Shown: positions 37,118 through 50,659, counted from the first letter of the whole stretch. The stretch is 63,814 bases of DNA, filler included, from Lenisia limosa (GCA_001655205.1; 10 parts of 10 records of this genome joined end to end with filler, not necessarily neighbours in it); one strand, 5' to 3'. Program-made: numbers and translations. Notes: generated from the sequence alone by a model not told the origin.

Positions 37118-40100
37118 CTAATCCTGTGCCAGAATCCAAACATCTTGGTAGAGAATTCCAAGACCCATACCTCCAAATACATGAACCTGAGGTGTAAAGA
37201 ACTTTCAACAACCCTCAAGCATCAAAGACCCCCAAACCTGTTGCTCCATCACAGCGTCTGTTTTGACAGGAGCTCCTCCGTTATTCTACAGGGTGATGAT
37301 AAGGAAAAGATATTGGGTGCCGTGCAATTAATTTTTTCAACTATTTATTTCGTCTCTGCAATTAATTGGTAATTAATTACAGAAATGAATTGCAATTAAA
37401 TTATATAAATCTGTATTTTTCGCTCGGCACAACCTTTGTTATTAAAATTGATCGGTGCCCTCTTTTTTATTATTTTTTGAGGATAATACTACACCGTCAA
37501 ATAATTTTTATTTTAAAACTGTTGAAAATGCCAATTGATTGGTTTGCAGAAGAGGGTGCAATTATATTGGCCAGTAGTTGTAATTAATTGCTACAATTAT
37601 TTTTACTGAACAGAATAATGTGTAAAAAAATGTACAAATATCATATCATCATGCTATGCGAAAAAGGTGAAATAAAAACTATCGTAAGTCATGCATGCAC
37701 CTTCTCATTTTTCATGATTCCGACTCACCTTTTGGTTTTGACAGTCAGCCTCAAATTGAGCTAATGCTGACTTTTCCGCAGTAACCACAGTGACAGCACA
37801 ATCTGGGGGAGAGGTCATACAAAAAATGGGAGGGGGGACATGAAAGCTCAAAGCACAAAAGAACGAAAGCTGGTCCCAATTTACCAAGTCGAGGTGGAGG
37901 CGAATCTTCATTTTCCTTTGACACCTGAAAAAGTTACCTCCAACAAAAGAAACTAATCCAGTTTTAGTCATATTTCAATTTAGTAGAAACGCTTCTAATA
38001 ATTGCGAAAACTGATAAATAGTATTAGAACACACTTCACCCCCCCCCCTCCAGCTCACCATTATCCATTTCCAGTTCACAAGGTCCAGCATCCACGTTTC
38101 TGGATAGACTTTATTGCAGAATGGGTCAATACCCGAAAACATCAGCATCTTGGTGGTAAATAAAGAGCATTAATGGCAGTCAATAAAAGTGAAAGAAAAA
38201 AAAAAAAAAAGATGCGAACAAAAGATTATTATATGAAGTGACATATCGACCCACCAAGCTTACATGTGAAGGCTCTTCGCCAAGTTTTGGTGACAGAGGT
38301 GCGCAACACGCTCCCGTTCGGGGAGAGGCAATCTCTCCTTCAATTGTTTGTTTTGTCCATTCCTCGGTGTCTGAAGAGAGTCAGTAGGTGGGACTTCCTG
38401 AACTTCACAAATGAATAAAAAGGTTCCCACACACCAGCTGAGAAAATATACGCGTGATCCAAGGGGAACATTGTATGTCCATCATCCCCAAGGCCGGCGG
38501 TGATAATCAGTCTGTTGTTGACAGCAACGCTGCACATTCCGTTTCGCGATCCAGGCATCACGCCTCGCGCCTCAATCTCGCGCCATGTTAAAGTCCGGAG
38601 GCTCAGAGCAAACATCAAACCCTGAAAGGTCATACCCACCCCTCAATAAAAAAACTCAAAAGAGATTACGTACCAGAGCAGCATCTGCGCAGGTTGAAGC
38701 GCCGCCGTAAATGAACAACTCATCACCTTGGCTCGACTTAAGGTGGGACAAGCTGAAGAGGGAGCGAGGGCTTGGTCGGGTGCCTTCTATTCCGTGACAA
38801 AGCGGGCAGTAGAGATATTATCAAGATTCGTTGGTAGTCATGTTGTCTAATATCCTCCCATACTTGTAGAAACTTCCTTCCAGTGCACAGTTTTAAACAC
38901 AGTTTCCAGATTCTGGTCTTCTGGGACAGAACCATCACCCAGTTGTGGAGCAGAGGGCGTGTCTGATTGGGGGGCTGAAAAATGAAAGAGCACACCTTCC
39001 ACATCATTAACTAAAACATCTCTGACCGCCTAAACTCCAGCTTCTCTGTTATTTTATGATATGATATGTGTACCTTAAGAACAACTACAGTCTTCCATCA
39101 AAACAACAACAACAACAAAAAAAAAAAAAAAAANNNNNNNNNNNNNNNNNNNNNNNNNNNNNNNNNNNNNNNNNNNNNNNNNNNNNNNNNNNNNNNNNNN
39201 NNNNNNNNNNNNNNNNNNNNNNNNNNNNNNNNNNNNNNNNNNNNNNNNNGCAATTTTGGCATTCTTCTCCACCTTGTCCACTCCACACAGCTGCCAAACG
39301 GCAAGGTCCTTCATTGTAAGAGAAAATCCGACCCAATACAAGAGATGCTAGAAAAGAAGAAGAATAGAACCGCAGTTATGTCAGAACAAACCTGACTTAT
39401 TTCGCTTCCGCCCCCGATAACGAATATGCCACCTTCATGATCTAAACTATGAGTTGAGGCAGCTTCTGGGACAAGTCACAATCAAGCAAACCCTCAGATT
39501 CCTTGACATAAGCCATGCTATGGTCATAACGTGGTGATGGGGAGCCGGGAAGGCTCAGCTCGTAGAAAGTCATTAGACCAGGGACGTAGACGTGTAACGT
39601 GTTGAAGCACCCTTCTTGGCTCGCTCCTCCAAAGAGCCAAACCAAAGACTAAGAAGTAAGCTGCTATTTACCGGCTTTGATATTGGTAAGCTCAGTAAAT
39701 TTGCAATAATATTCAGAATGGAAAAGTGGCAAAGCATCCCAACGTACACCAGAAGAAACTGCCCTGCTTCCAAGGCGAGGGGAAGGGGCCTCCCCCCCAG
39801 CAATAGCTGCACGCCAAGACCAGTTCATCAAAGCCTTTCTAGAGGAATCGTATCAAACTGAGCTGATATATACCAGAGAAGATAAGTGTTATGGTTGTAG
39901 GTATGATCAAAATTATATTAAATAATAAATGTGTGTATTATCTAAATTCTAGGGAGAGGAGAGAACTGGGAGACAAGGGAGAGAAGGAACAAAGACAGGA
40001 AGGGGATAAAGGGAAACGGTTTGGACCAGTGTACTATAATGTCCAAAACTTCCTTATTATTGAATTATTGAAAAAAAGCTGAATAGCTATCGTTTTAAGG

Positions 40101-40972
40101 TATTTATATTTTGAACATACACATATATATCTTATACATTATAAAATTACTTGTATTGACCGAAGTTGAAGCTTTGTCTCGGAAGTTGAAATGCATAGCA
40201 GCAGCTTTCTCCTGCTTCTGACGGTCTTGTCATTAGCTTTTTGGTGAGTTTAAACTGATACCGCTTCATTCTTTTCACTGTGTGTAATACCTGCGGCTCT
40301 CTTTCATGATCAGTTTTCTCAGAGGTGGCAGCATCATAAACCCCGTAACTATTCACTCACAACAACGAAAACCTGAAGAAAATGATTGCACTTACTCCCC
40401 AGTTTCCAGTTCATGCCAGATAATTCATTTTTTGTCGAAAATGCCAAGGTATGTGACCACCACTCTTGAACTTTTTCATTCCTCTTGAGCAACTTCCTTG
40501 GTTTTTATGTATGCTGTTTTTAGGAGTTCATTTTTTTTTTAGGTTGAAACCCTCGATACTGATATACTCACAAGCAGCACAGTGAATGCAGGAGGTAAGG
40601 GTTTTTTTAATTATTATTTTTNNNNNNNNNNNNNNNNNNNNNNNNNNNNNNNNNNNNNNNNNNNNNNNNNNNNNNNNNNNNNNNNNNNNNNNNNNNNNNN
40701 NNNNNNNNNNNNNNNNNACTGCAAGCTTCCATAAGCAGACTGCCTTTTCCTCCTCCATTGTTACTGGTGAGCAGTTGCTGGCTCGCTCTTCTGTTCATCA
40801 AGTGTTGAACACATTATTAAGCAAAAAATTTTGACCATCTTTCTCCCCCAGCTCCGTCATCTATCTCCAAAATGGAACAGCCTGTTCTGGAGCTGACACT
40901 GGCGGAGGAGTTTGCAACAATGGTTCGAGCCGACGTCTTCATTACACTTCCTGCGGTAAGCGCTTCGTACAT
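37118..40972 (-). CDS. Kelch-repeat (beta-propeller) protein; start approximate
   Basis: Repeated Kelch motifs: WSWRAAIAGGEAPSPRLG, VWLFGGASQEGCFNTLHVY...PGSPSPRYDHSM, EIEGTRPSPRSLFSL, LTWREIEARGVMPGSRNG, ETWMLDLVNWKW, VHVFGGMGLGILYQDVWILAQD*. Confidence 0.8.
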
Positions 40973-41439
40973 TCCCAATATGTAGAAACAGGAACTAATT
41001 AAGTTATCTTTGCCGCCACGATTGTACAATGCAATATTAACCGTCCATACATTTTCAGTAACTCCATGCTAAGTTCCTCGCTATTAACAGTATTGGATAT
41101 TTTTTTGTTTATCCAATTCCAATATGTTCCTGAATGGTTTACCAATGTTGTTATTAATAGCATTATTCATAGTTATTGTTAGTTATTAATAGCACTATCA
41201 ATAGCTATTGTTAGTTATTCTATGACATGATCTATGTTACAATTACCATCAAATTTTGACAGGTCTTTTTGAACGCAGGGAATCCGTGGTAATTAGTTTA
41301 GAATTCAACTGCGCATATTGAATTGCGCAAAACACACAAAGGAGTACAAGAAACTCTCGCCAGGTTTGTACATCTTTTGAATCGGACTTGCTTGGACAAT
41401 AATCGATTATTTTCCTCTTTTTCTCTTCAGATTTTCCAC

Positions 41440-43700
41440 CACTGCACCTTACCTTTCAGTTTCGACGTGTCAGGGTGTGTTGAGGACTTGGACAGTTGGA
41501 CCGAACTTGTCTCCCTCCAATGGGCCCTGCCGCTTACCAAGGGCAGTCATGTCTTCGAGGTGCGTCAAAGGCACTGCCCATAATTGTTTCACATTGCAGG
41601 TGTTTTGGCAAGGCGAAGGTGGAGCAGCTACAGCCGGAACAGCTAGTCCCCGTTCTATGTTTGCTCGTGAGCAGCAAGGGAGTATTTAATCAATATTGAA
41701 AGTTGTATGTATGATGTCTAACTAATGATGCACTGGTGTAATGTAATAACGCATTTATCCGCTCACTCCTGTAGTTGGGTCACCCACATCCATTGGAGCT
41801 GTGGCTTCAGCAGCGTCCATGCCGATTAACACCAATTTAACTGGATGCCCAGCAGACGGTATGGGGCTGTGTTTTTCTGATGATTATTTATTAAAGGTCG
41901 TTGGCACATTATATGATCATGATATATAACATCTAATATAGTATCATATGATATAATATTTCGATTATATTCTGTTGTATATATACAATATATGATATAT
42001 ATAAACTTATACTATGTAATGGATATATCATATCATATATTATACTTTTTGTAGTACTACCACACCATCTGCCTCATGACCTTTTAGCAACATCAATTGC
42101 TTCAACCTGGAACACCAAACCTGGCCCAGCTATTGCTGACATGTTTACAGAGAATATGGCAGTTCTCGCAGGGATTTCACGTGCGTTTGGTGTTAAGGCA
42201 ATTCCGTGTTTATACACCTGACCGAATTAGTTGAACAAGATGGCAAAAGCACTCCGAGTTACAGAACCGCTAATTTACATATAAGTATGTCGAAGGGTAT
42301 AGTATTATAATTCTTTTCCAGTTTATTATTTTCATCAGTTTCTATTGTTCGCATTTGGGTGGTGGAGAACAAGCTACCAATTTTTCTCCTTATGCAGCAC
42401 GTGGCTCAGGTTGATTTTGTAGATGGGCAGACCTACAACCAATCAGCCATTGCTATCTCACGGGTTCCTAGAAGAGTCACAAACAACCGTCAATGGGCAG
42501 GTGTTGTTGAACAAGGAGGTGGGTGCTGAACAAGGAGGTGGTATTAAGTAGTGTGTTTTATGGAGTGATAATTTGCTTTTGTTCATTGTACTCATTGCCT
42601 CAGGCTTTAACTTGGAGTCCTTCCATGGTGTAGGAAGGTAGGTTTCATCTTTTTGGACCACCAAGCCCAATTGTTGAATCTTCCTATTTGTAGTGGTAAG
42701 GCCTGTCTGACCAAAATTGACATTTGGTTCATTGCTGTCCCCACGTCCATTGGAGCAACAGCCTCTTACCACCCTCCAACATATGCCGTTACTTACCTTG
42801 ATATCGGTATCCCTGTGTAAGTGGGTCTGGGGGCCAATGTTGCGCGATAGTATCCGTAATATGATGTTGTTCTTTGTTTATTTGGAACGTCACACCAGTG
42901 ACAAAATAAAATCAGAAGTGATCCAAGGTATATGGGACGGTGTTGTCACTGACTGCTTTAGTACAATAGCATCATTTAAGCCAGATGCCTTACCAACAAT
43001 CCTGCCGAAAAACGTCTACTTCTCATCCGCAATGGGCGTCTTCTGTGATGCTGCTGCCGACATCCCAAAGCAATTCTCGGTGGTTACAGAGGTTTGCAAG
43101 CAATGCTTGAGACACTAGGAGAAAATAGAGACTCTTTTGACGAATTTAGAACCCTGAGGGAATCACAACGTCGCATCTCTTCGCCTGTGAATACGCGTCC
43201 CCAAGGACAACCTACTCAATGTTTGCTTGGCGTATTTAGACAGTTTCATTTATTGACAATTTGACGTGTGTGTGTTTTTTATTTTGTGTGTGTTTTTCTT
43301 ACGTGCTTTCAGATGGAGACAAAACCCCCTATCAAGCTCAGGCAATTTCACTGCAACTGTAGTTACGCACTCAAACTCCACACATTTGTCCCCAGTAAGT
43401 TGAGCCTGCTCACAATCAAGTCATATGGGTAGTACACTATTTTTTTTCTCTGTATTGAGAAGACAACATTGCTGAGTATCTATTCGAAAGCGTGAATTCT
43501 GATTTTTCTGATATTACAGCGCAATAATGACCCGGAGGATGTGTACTGCTCAAATGAGGTCTTTTTCTCCCTCCCTGCTACTCTGTTTTTGTAACTTCAT
43601 TTTCTTTCTAATATGTATTAGCGTTATTATCAGATTATCAGTGGAGGTACACTTCCAAACTTCCAATTGCATTGAATCCGGTTTACACTTGTTACATATT
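41440..43700 (+). CDS. multi-exon hypothetical protein; ends uncertain
   Basis: Exons WTELVSLQWALPLTKGSHVFE|VFWQGEGGAATAGTASPRSMFA, VLPHHLPHDLLATSIASTWNTKPGPAIADMF, ACLTKIDIWFIAVPTSIGATASYHPPTYAVTYLDIGIP, GVVTDCFSTIASFKPDALP, RNNDPEDVYCSNE|DYQWRYTSKLPIALNP. Confidence 0.55.
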
Positions 43701-44096
43701 TCAAAAAAAAAAGGCCCTGAGATTCACAACAAAACACAACAACACATATTTCTATATTATTTCCTGCTTTATTTCAGCAATAATATTTTCAAAACCCAGA
43801 AGGAAGAGAAGGGAAGACAAGAAGACAAGTCATATTTTGGCAACTCGCTCATCGCTGCATTAAGGTGAGTGATCTATTTGTCTATTTGTTACAATATATG
43901 TATGAAAAGCTTCTTCGCGAGCAGTAATACCAAATATAATATTTGAAAAGACTGCTTGTCCCGTTGTTTTCTGTTTTGAAACAACCCACCGTCTTGTTTT
44001 TACTCAAAATGATAATATAGATAATATAGGTATCGCCTTTGACAAATCAATGCTCCTAAATGTCTTTCATTCTCTATTTCCTTTTTCTTCTAGAAA

Positions 44097-47000
44097 ATGG
44101 ATTATGTAAAATGGGTTCGGTCCAGGGATTCCACGTTCGCGGATTCCGCGGATCCTCAACAAGTTAGCTTGACCTGTTTTTCAGATATGGAGGAAGAAAA
44201 GCCTGTTCATGAAGGCGACCGCCTAAGCCTTCTGAAGGACCAAATCAACAGCAACAAATGGGACGCCTACTTCATGCTCAATTCCGATCCTCATTTTGTT
44301 GGTTTATCCTTGGATGGCTTCTTCCTTTGTTTGGAATTATTTTTTGGGTTTAAATTCACATTTTTCAGAACCATATTCTCCCAGCAGCGGAGAGAAGAAT
44401 CCAATATATCACAGGGTTTGGCGGTTCCAATGGTGAGTTCTTTCTTCTGAACTCACTTCTTGATCATTTCTTGACAAGGAGAAATGCCATTTTACTTCTT
44501 CTTTTTTGTCTCTCAACTGTGGTGCAAAACAACTTGACCCCATTTGAAGGGTCCGCTTCTGACCTCAATAGCGTTTCTCCTTGTTCCAGCTGCCTGCGAC
44601 CGCAAGGCCATGTTTGTCACTGACGCAAGGTACATGGTCCAGGTTTGCACGGCTAGACATGAAAACCGGACCCTTGTCCCTTCTTTAACTGGCCATAGTC
44701 GGCAGCGGAGGTGGACCCGACCCTTTATGACGTGACCATTGTCGAGTCTTCTTCCGCCACCTCCGAACAGGTCATTGCTGAGGCCAGTATAATGATGACA
44801 GCGGTTGGCTAAGGGATAATATTGGCTATTGGGACTGTTCTCACACCTGCGTAGATCGCGGATGAAATTGACACCAGGCCTACGTTGGCTCTCAACCCAA
44901 TGATACTCTCGAGTGGTGGGCAAGGCCTTGAGTTTTTTTTTAAAAAAAAGGTTCTGAATTACGGATAAAAACTTCAATTATTTCGAAATTTCATCACTCT
45001 AGTGAACACTCCCCTCTACTCTTATTCTTCCAGATCTCTTCGCTGATTTAAAGAAAGAGTTGACAGATATTTGCGATATCTGCTTTGACGACGATGACAT
45101 CGTCAGGGTCTTTTGGAGTGGTGAAAGTGACGGTGGGTGATATGTCAAAACTCCCCGTCAATATGAACCATTCTTTATTCAGCGTTACTATTTAGATGGC
45201 GGAATCGTGGAAGTGCATGAGCACCCACTGAAGTACTGCGGTAGGTTGCACTAAATTATCAAAGGTTTTATCCTTCAAGCATTTAATAAAATTACAAAAA
45301 TGCGTTATAGTCAATTGTTACCCAAGCCATTCATTTTCATATAGGCACCCCACGTATCACCAAATTGACAAGTGTTTTTGAATCGCTATCTTCTTCCAAA
45401 GCTGATTGTCTCCTTTTGACAGAACTGAGTGTTATCCACTGTAAATGGGGATGAACTATGACGAACACAGTCCTTCTTACTGACTCTACAGACCTCTTGA
45501 ATATTCGAGGAAAAGAAGTACCATTTGTTCCTTATATTGTAAGTCATGTTTTATTCTTTTATTTAGAAATAATTGTTGAAGCATCTGAGTTAACATATGA
45601 TATGTACATTAACACAATCAAATGATACAATAGGGTTCACAATGTAGCGGTGTTTTCTGATCGTGTCTGCCCAGCGTCACACCCTCTTCACTGACTGCCC
45701 AATTCCACATGACTTAAAAAATAGTTTAAATGCCGACCACGTTCATATTAAGCCATACAATGGCGTTTCGGGCTATTTGGAGAATGCCATTAATGAAGGC
45801 TTGGTGAGTATTGTGCTATCCACTCATTTTCTAGACAGTTGGTTTTGAGGCAAAAACTGTCCCTGCCAAGTTGGTGGATCTTTGTGGAGGTTTGCTCGGG
45901 TACAATGCATGCTCAAAAAATACTAATCTTGTCTCTTTGGGAATCAAATTGGACAGTTATGAAGCCAATATATTGTTCTTTCACATTTCTAGATTCAGCA
46001 GTATCTGTTGAGCTTTTTGTTGAAGAGAGAAAGAATATCAAGACCGAGGTGGAACTTGAGGTGAGATCATGCCTCGAAGTAGTTTAATATTTAGGGCATG
46101 ACCATAGCGCATGTTGAAGATGGCGCTGCAATGGTAAATAGGGGCTTCTCTGACTTATTTGCATGTTTTCATAAGCTATAGTGGTTTCAATACCGGTTAA
46201 AATTCTCCAAGAAGGGCTCGCCTATTCGGCTCCCAAAGAAAATGCGAAGAATTTTACATTATAACCTGACAGGCTAATGGATTGGCAACTCTTCACAGAA
46301 TTTTGAAAGATGAGGTTTCCACTTCAGACCGCAAATACCTGCCACTTACGGAAGAGTCCATAGCAGACATTCTAGAAGACTGCAGAAGGTTGGGTAATTG
46401 ACTTGCACATGACCCAGCAGACAACAACCACACTTCGAGTCGCTTTCGTTCGAGACAATTATCGGATCAGGAGACAACGCCGCCGACATCCATCATCGGG
46501 CTAGTGGCGAAATTGCCGTCCAAAGGTTGCTGAGAGAATACCACTTGGTCACTGGTGAAAGCTACCTCACTTTTGTTCCGTTATTGAGACTTGGATCTAA
46601 TAGTTTAGGAGTAATATTTTGTTAACGGATTCCGGGGCCCATTACTCGTAAGCTCACAATCTGCTGCGATTCATTGCTTGTGCATATACTATGTAGCAGT
46701 TTCTGTCCAGTTTGCGTTATTTCCACAGTAATGGGACGACCGACGTCTCTCGAACGATTTGGCTTGGTCCTGGCAAGCCCTCAGCGAAACATACCAACAC
46801 GTTTACTGCCGTTCTCAAGTCCCACTTGGCTCTGCATATGGCAAGTTTCCCTCACGGCACTTCAGGTCTGGTTTCTTGCTTGATTATTTTTCTTAGTCCT
46901 GATTTTCATGGATTCAGATAGGGATTTGGCCTCACTATGTGGTCCTGCTCTCTGGAACCTTGGACAAAAGTGCCCCCATGGTTTGTTTTCTGGGTATTAT

Positions 47001-47781
47001 GCTTTTATATTCCCCGTATTCCAGAAGAAATTACTCCCGATTATGAATATCATCATTTTGTCTCCTTTACACCATTCTGTGATGATTGTGTGCGAACCCT
47101 TGAATCTCACAACCAGGCATCGGGCATGGGGTGACGGCCTATGGAGACGTACACGAAGTACACCTTCACATTTCAAGCAGGAAGAAGAAGCCCACTGTTC
47201 TTGTCCCCAACCATGTCTTCACCATTGGTAGGCTGGTGGTCCCTTTTCCAATTCACCACCTCAGAACCTGGGCTTTACCCTGGGGATTTTGGAGTTCGGA
47301 CTGAAAATGTTGTGGCCGTGGATCAGCATCCAACCTTAAGTGATTTCTATACCCTGAAACCTTTGACGTTGGTGCCGTATGATGTAAGAGTGAATTGTTA
47401 GGAATTATGTTGTTGTGCCTTTTAACTTTGATTCTCTGTGGATGCGTACCAACGCATAGAAATAACATTTTCATCTATCACATGACATTGTAGAGGACGC
47501 TCATCAATTTATCAGTACTTTCATCTGAGGAGGTGGAATGGGTAAATGCGTACCATCAGCATATCCTGCAAAAGGTCAGGTACTAATAATGTGTATATTA
47601 TCTGAAATAATAGTACTATTAATTAGTAACACTATATGCAATGTATCACTGATATCGGTTTTAAAATCGAATTTTGCCCCCCCCCCCCATCTCTTGTCTC
47701 ACCTCTAACTCGTTTCAGCTTTCACAGCGGGTGTCAGCATCAACACTTAAGTGGCTCCAATATGCATGCAAACCACTATAA
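44097..47781 (+). CDS. XPNPEP1: Xaa-Pro aminopeptidase (aminopeptidase P, peptidase M24B)
   Basis: DAYFMLNSDPH, RRIQYITGFGGSNG, FVTDARY, LLNIRGKEVPFVP, AHVEDGAA, FETIIGSGDNAADIHH; metal ligands in TDSGAHY, GTTDVSRT, GIGHGV, VHE, EPGLY, GVRTEN; ends KWLQYACKPL*; start could be ATG 44097 or 44187. Confidence 0.92.
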
Positions 47782-47954
47782 CTATATATCGAGATGTAAA
47801 TAATATTATAGTGTGTGTTTTGATTATTTTCCTTTTTCTTTTTGCATTCGATTGGATGTACTACCTTTGTTGTTAGAATGGTCTCAATTGGGATATACAA
47901 ATTATGCAAACAATACTAGAAGGAAAAAACAACGGACAATAACCATAGATCTAA

Positions 47955-50235
47955 TTAGGAACTTTTAGCGAAAGACTTCAGGCACGAAAGAATGGGTGTG
48001 TGAGTGGACTGGAGGGTTAGCGAGAGGCTGCGCAAAATGGAATATTCTTTTTTTTTGGAATACGTTTTAATTTGTTTTTTTACTTTTTTTTTCTTTTAAA
48101 ACTATTCTTCCCGAAAACACTGAAACTTACATGGGGAAATTTATAAGAAGAGAGACGGTCAAGAGTGAGAGCGGCAAACTCTTCACCCGACATATTGAGG
48201 GTGAGTATCAAGGGTGCGGCGGAGGCGAAGGGGGTTTCTGAGGGGTGAGAGACAATAATAAGTAATATCGCAATGAGAAATAAAAAAATAAGGTTGAAAT
48301 CTGACCGAAGCCGTCCACACCATCACGCTTCTAAGAGATATTGGATAACAACCGGTATGATAAGTAATAGTGAAAGAGGAAAGCCTCATACTTTTAATCC
48401 ACTTTGCGAGGAGTTCGGAATTGAGAGTGGTCAAGTTGGCTGGGGCTGTAACTGGAGCGTGAAGGAACGCAAACCAAGAGAAGTAGTGACCCCCCCCCCC
48501 CCNNNNNNNNNNNNNNNNNNNNNNNNNNNNNNNNNNNNNNNNNNNNNNNNNNNNNNNNNNNNNNNNNNNNNNNNCTGACTAAAGTGTACCGCACAAACCT
48601 GGGTGGTCATCACGGTCATTTTGGGCGTTGCCTGGGATGTGAGCTGCTAAAGGTAAACTCAACACAACACCATCCATTATAAAATCCAAAGAAACATGGT
48701 GCGACTGGAATAAGCGCCAACCTTTGCGTTCGGCCGCAGCCCAAGAACGTTGGATGTCAAGATGGAAGTTGAGAGGGAGGGGGCGTTGAAGTGTCGAAAT
48801 CCGCCTGTTGGGTCAACAAGAGCTTTTATATTATGTTTATACCATATAATGATATCACATAATATCATACCTTATATCGTCTGTCAATGTTAAAACACTG
48901 CAAAAAATTTCCTCTTCAAGGGAAATAAAACAGTACGCAACATATGTAGTTTTGCTGGTCATGTGTGTTCCCCCCTCCCCTCCATACCGCCTGAACACCA
49001 TGGGGTAGGAGTGGTTAAGGAGCTTTCGGAGCTGCTTTGGAGACGAGGTTCGGACAACCCATCCACGGAAGGCTGGGGGGGGGGGGGAANNNNNNNNNNN
49101 NNNNNNNNNNNNNNNNNNNNNNNNNNNNNNNNNNNNNNNNNNNNNNNNNNNNNNNNNNNNNNNNNNNNNNNNNNGAGTCTTGCGTAAAGATTGAAACAAG
49201 CATACTGCCCAAAAACGGAGCCACAGTTTCGGCTTTCACTCCGGCAAAACTAAGGAACTCAGTCACCTCTGCCGCAGACCACAGATCCGGGAACCCTGGA
49301 GTGTCAGATTCAATAAGTACACGAGTGCCTTCTCAGGATTCTATTTTCCTTAAAGCAAACCGCGGAAGAAGACACAGCGACGATCAAGGAAAAGTGGCAT
49401 GTCCGACTTTCTCAAAGCACGGCGTAACTTCTCACCCTCCCAATACGTCCACTCTGCCATTGAGTGGGGAAGTGCACAAGATCCTGGAAGGTCAGATAAC
49501 TTCCATTCCAAACAACAACCCTGGTATTTCATGGCTTCTTCCTGAAAAAGCAAAAGCCTACCCTGGCATCTCTGATTGGTGCATATTTTGGTTGGTCCGC
49601 TTGAGGCATCATCAACATAGGGGCGTACACCCACAGACTTGCTGTCAATCTAAACGATGTGAATTTGGATCTAAAAAATGATGACTTAGCGAGGGGAAGG
49701 AATGCCAGGCCATGACAAATGTTCCCCTTTTACCCTCAAGATGAGCTGCTTGAACTTCCAAGGATGACCATGATCGCAAAGATCGGTCCCGGCCTTCTGC
49801 TTGGATTCTCTCCCAGGCCAACAGAGCTTACAAACCTGGGCAAGTAAAACACAATTTCTGATGATAAAAAAATGAAATCTAGCACCAATTTTGCACTTTG
49901 GCGGAACCAGACACGGACCATACCTCCTCGGCTTCAATGGGGATAAGGAAGCGTTGGTCGACAGTTGAGGGTAACGTGTCCACTTTCGAGGCAGATGGAT
50001 GGAGGTATGCCTGAGAGGTCAGCAAGGTTGACGGAAACTCAAAATGGATGGCCAAACACTCCCTGCATATCGTATGAAATTATATTGTAATGAGAAACTG
50101 TTGTAAGGGTAGTATCAATGTAATCAGCCAACCTGGATAGCTTGAGGGGGCTTGGAGGCGCCCTGCCCTGCTTGAGCTGAGGGAACCGGAACTGCTGTAG
50201 CCGAATAGCGTCTTCGGCCTGGGGGATGGGGGATT
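47955..50235 (-). CDS. 3' part of a protein with a CCCH-type zinc finger region and two SAM-like domains
   Basis: KLCWPGRESKQKAGTDLCDHGHPW, TKICTNQRCQ|GSCALPHSMAEWTYWE (C-x4-C-x3-C-x3-H), DLWSAAEVTEFLSFAGVKAETVAPF (SAM-like), LTTLNSELLAKWIKS...LNMSGEEFAALTLDRLSSYKFP...ILSCLKSF (SAM-like); truncated at contig end. Confidence 0.6.
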
Positions 50236-50335
50236 NNNNNNNNNNNNNNNNNNNNNNNNNNNNNNNNNNNNNNNNNNNNTTAATTAATTAANNNNNNNNN
50301 NNNNNNNNNNNNNNNNNNNNNNNNNNNNNNNNNNN
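50236..50335. other. artificial contig spacer
   Basis: 44 N + TTAATTAATTAA (50280-50291) + 44 N. Confidence 0.97.
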
Positions 50336-50384
50336 CTTAATATTTTGCAACTAGAAAAATTATATAGTGGCAGCATCCTTACTA

Positions 50385-50483
50385 TCTATGGTTTCACTTT
50401 GGTTTCAAAAGAGACTATTCTCGATAAATCCTCGCTATCTATCGATATTTTCCTGGCGTTTTTGTGACCAGAGTGAAGGACTA
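50385..50483. mobile_element. ~100-bp palindromic MITE-like element (old, diverged copy)
   Basis: TATGGTTTCACTTTGGTTTCAAAAGAGACT...CTCGATAAATCC...ATCGATATTTT...GAGTGAAGGACTA. Confidence 0.6.
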
Positions 50484-50487
50484 CTAC

Positions 50488-50586
50488 GAGGGCTTCACTT
50501 CAGTTTGAAAAAGACCGGTAAATTATCGATAGTTTTCGAGGATTTATCGAGAAATCCAGTCTTTTTTGAAACGAAGTGAAGCCTTA
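50488..50586. mobile_element. ~100-bp palindromic MITE-like element, subfamily 1, adjacent to the previous copy
   Basis: GAGGGCTTCACTTCAGTTTGAAAAAGACCGG...CCAGTCTTTTTTGAAACGAAGTGAAGCCTTA; core in opposite orientation to the 11817 copy. Confidence 0.8.
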
Positions 50587-50659
50587 CCTCTCATGCACCA
50601 ATTTTGATAAATGTCATACATTCTCGATATTCACACAATTTCGACAACTTCCATTCTCA

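Noticed and set aside
37325-37600. Possible degenerate TIR element (GCAATTAATT...CAACTA / TAGTTGTAATTAATTGC) in a Kelch-gene intron
   Set aside because: The match is short and AT-rich, and is not distinguishable from chance by eye.
49690-50030. DEAD-box helicase reading of VDTLPSTVDQRFLIP
   Set aside because: Downstream exons lack helicase motifs IV-VI and instead show CCCH and SAM-like patterns.
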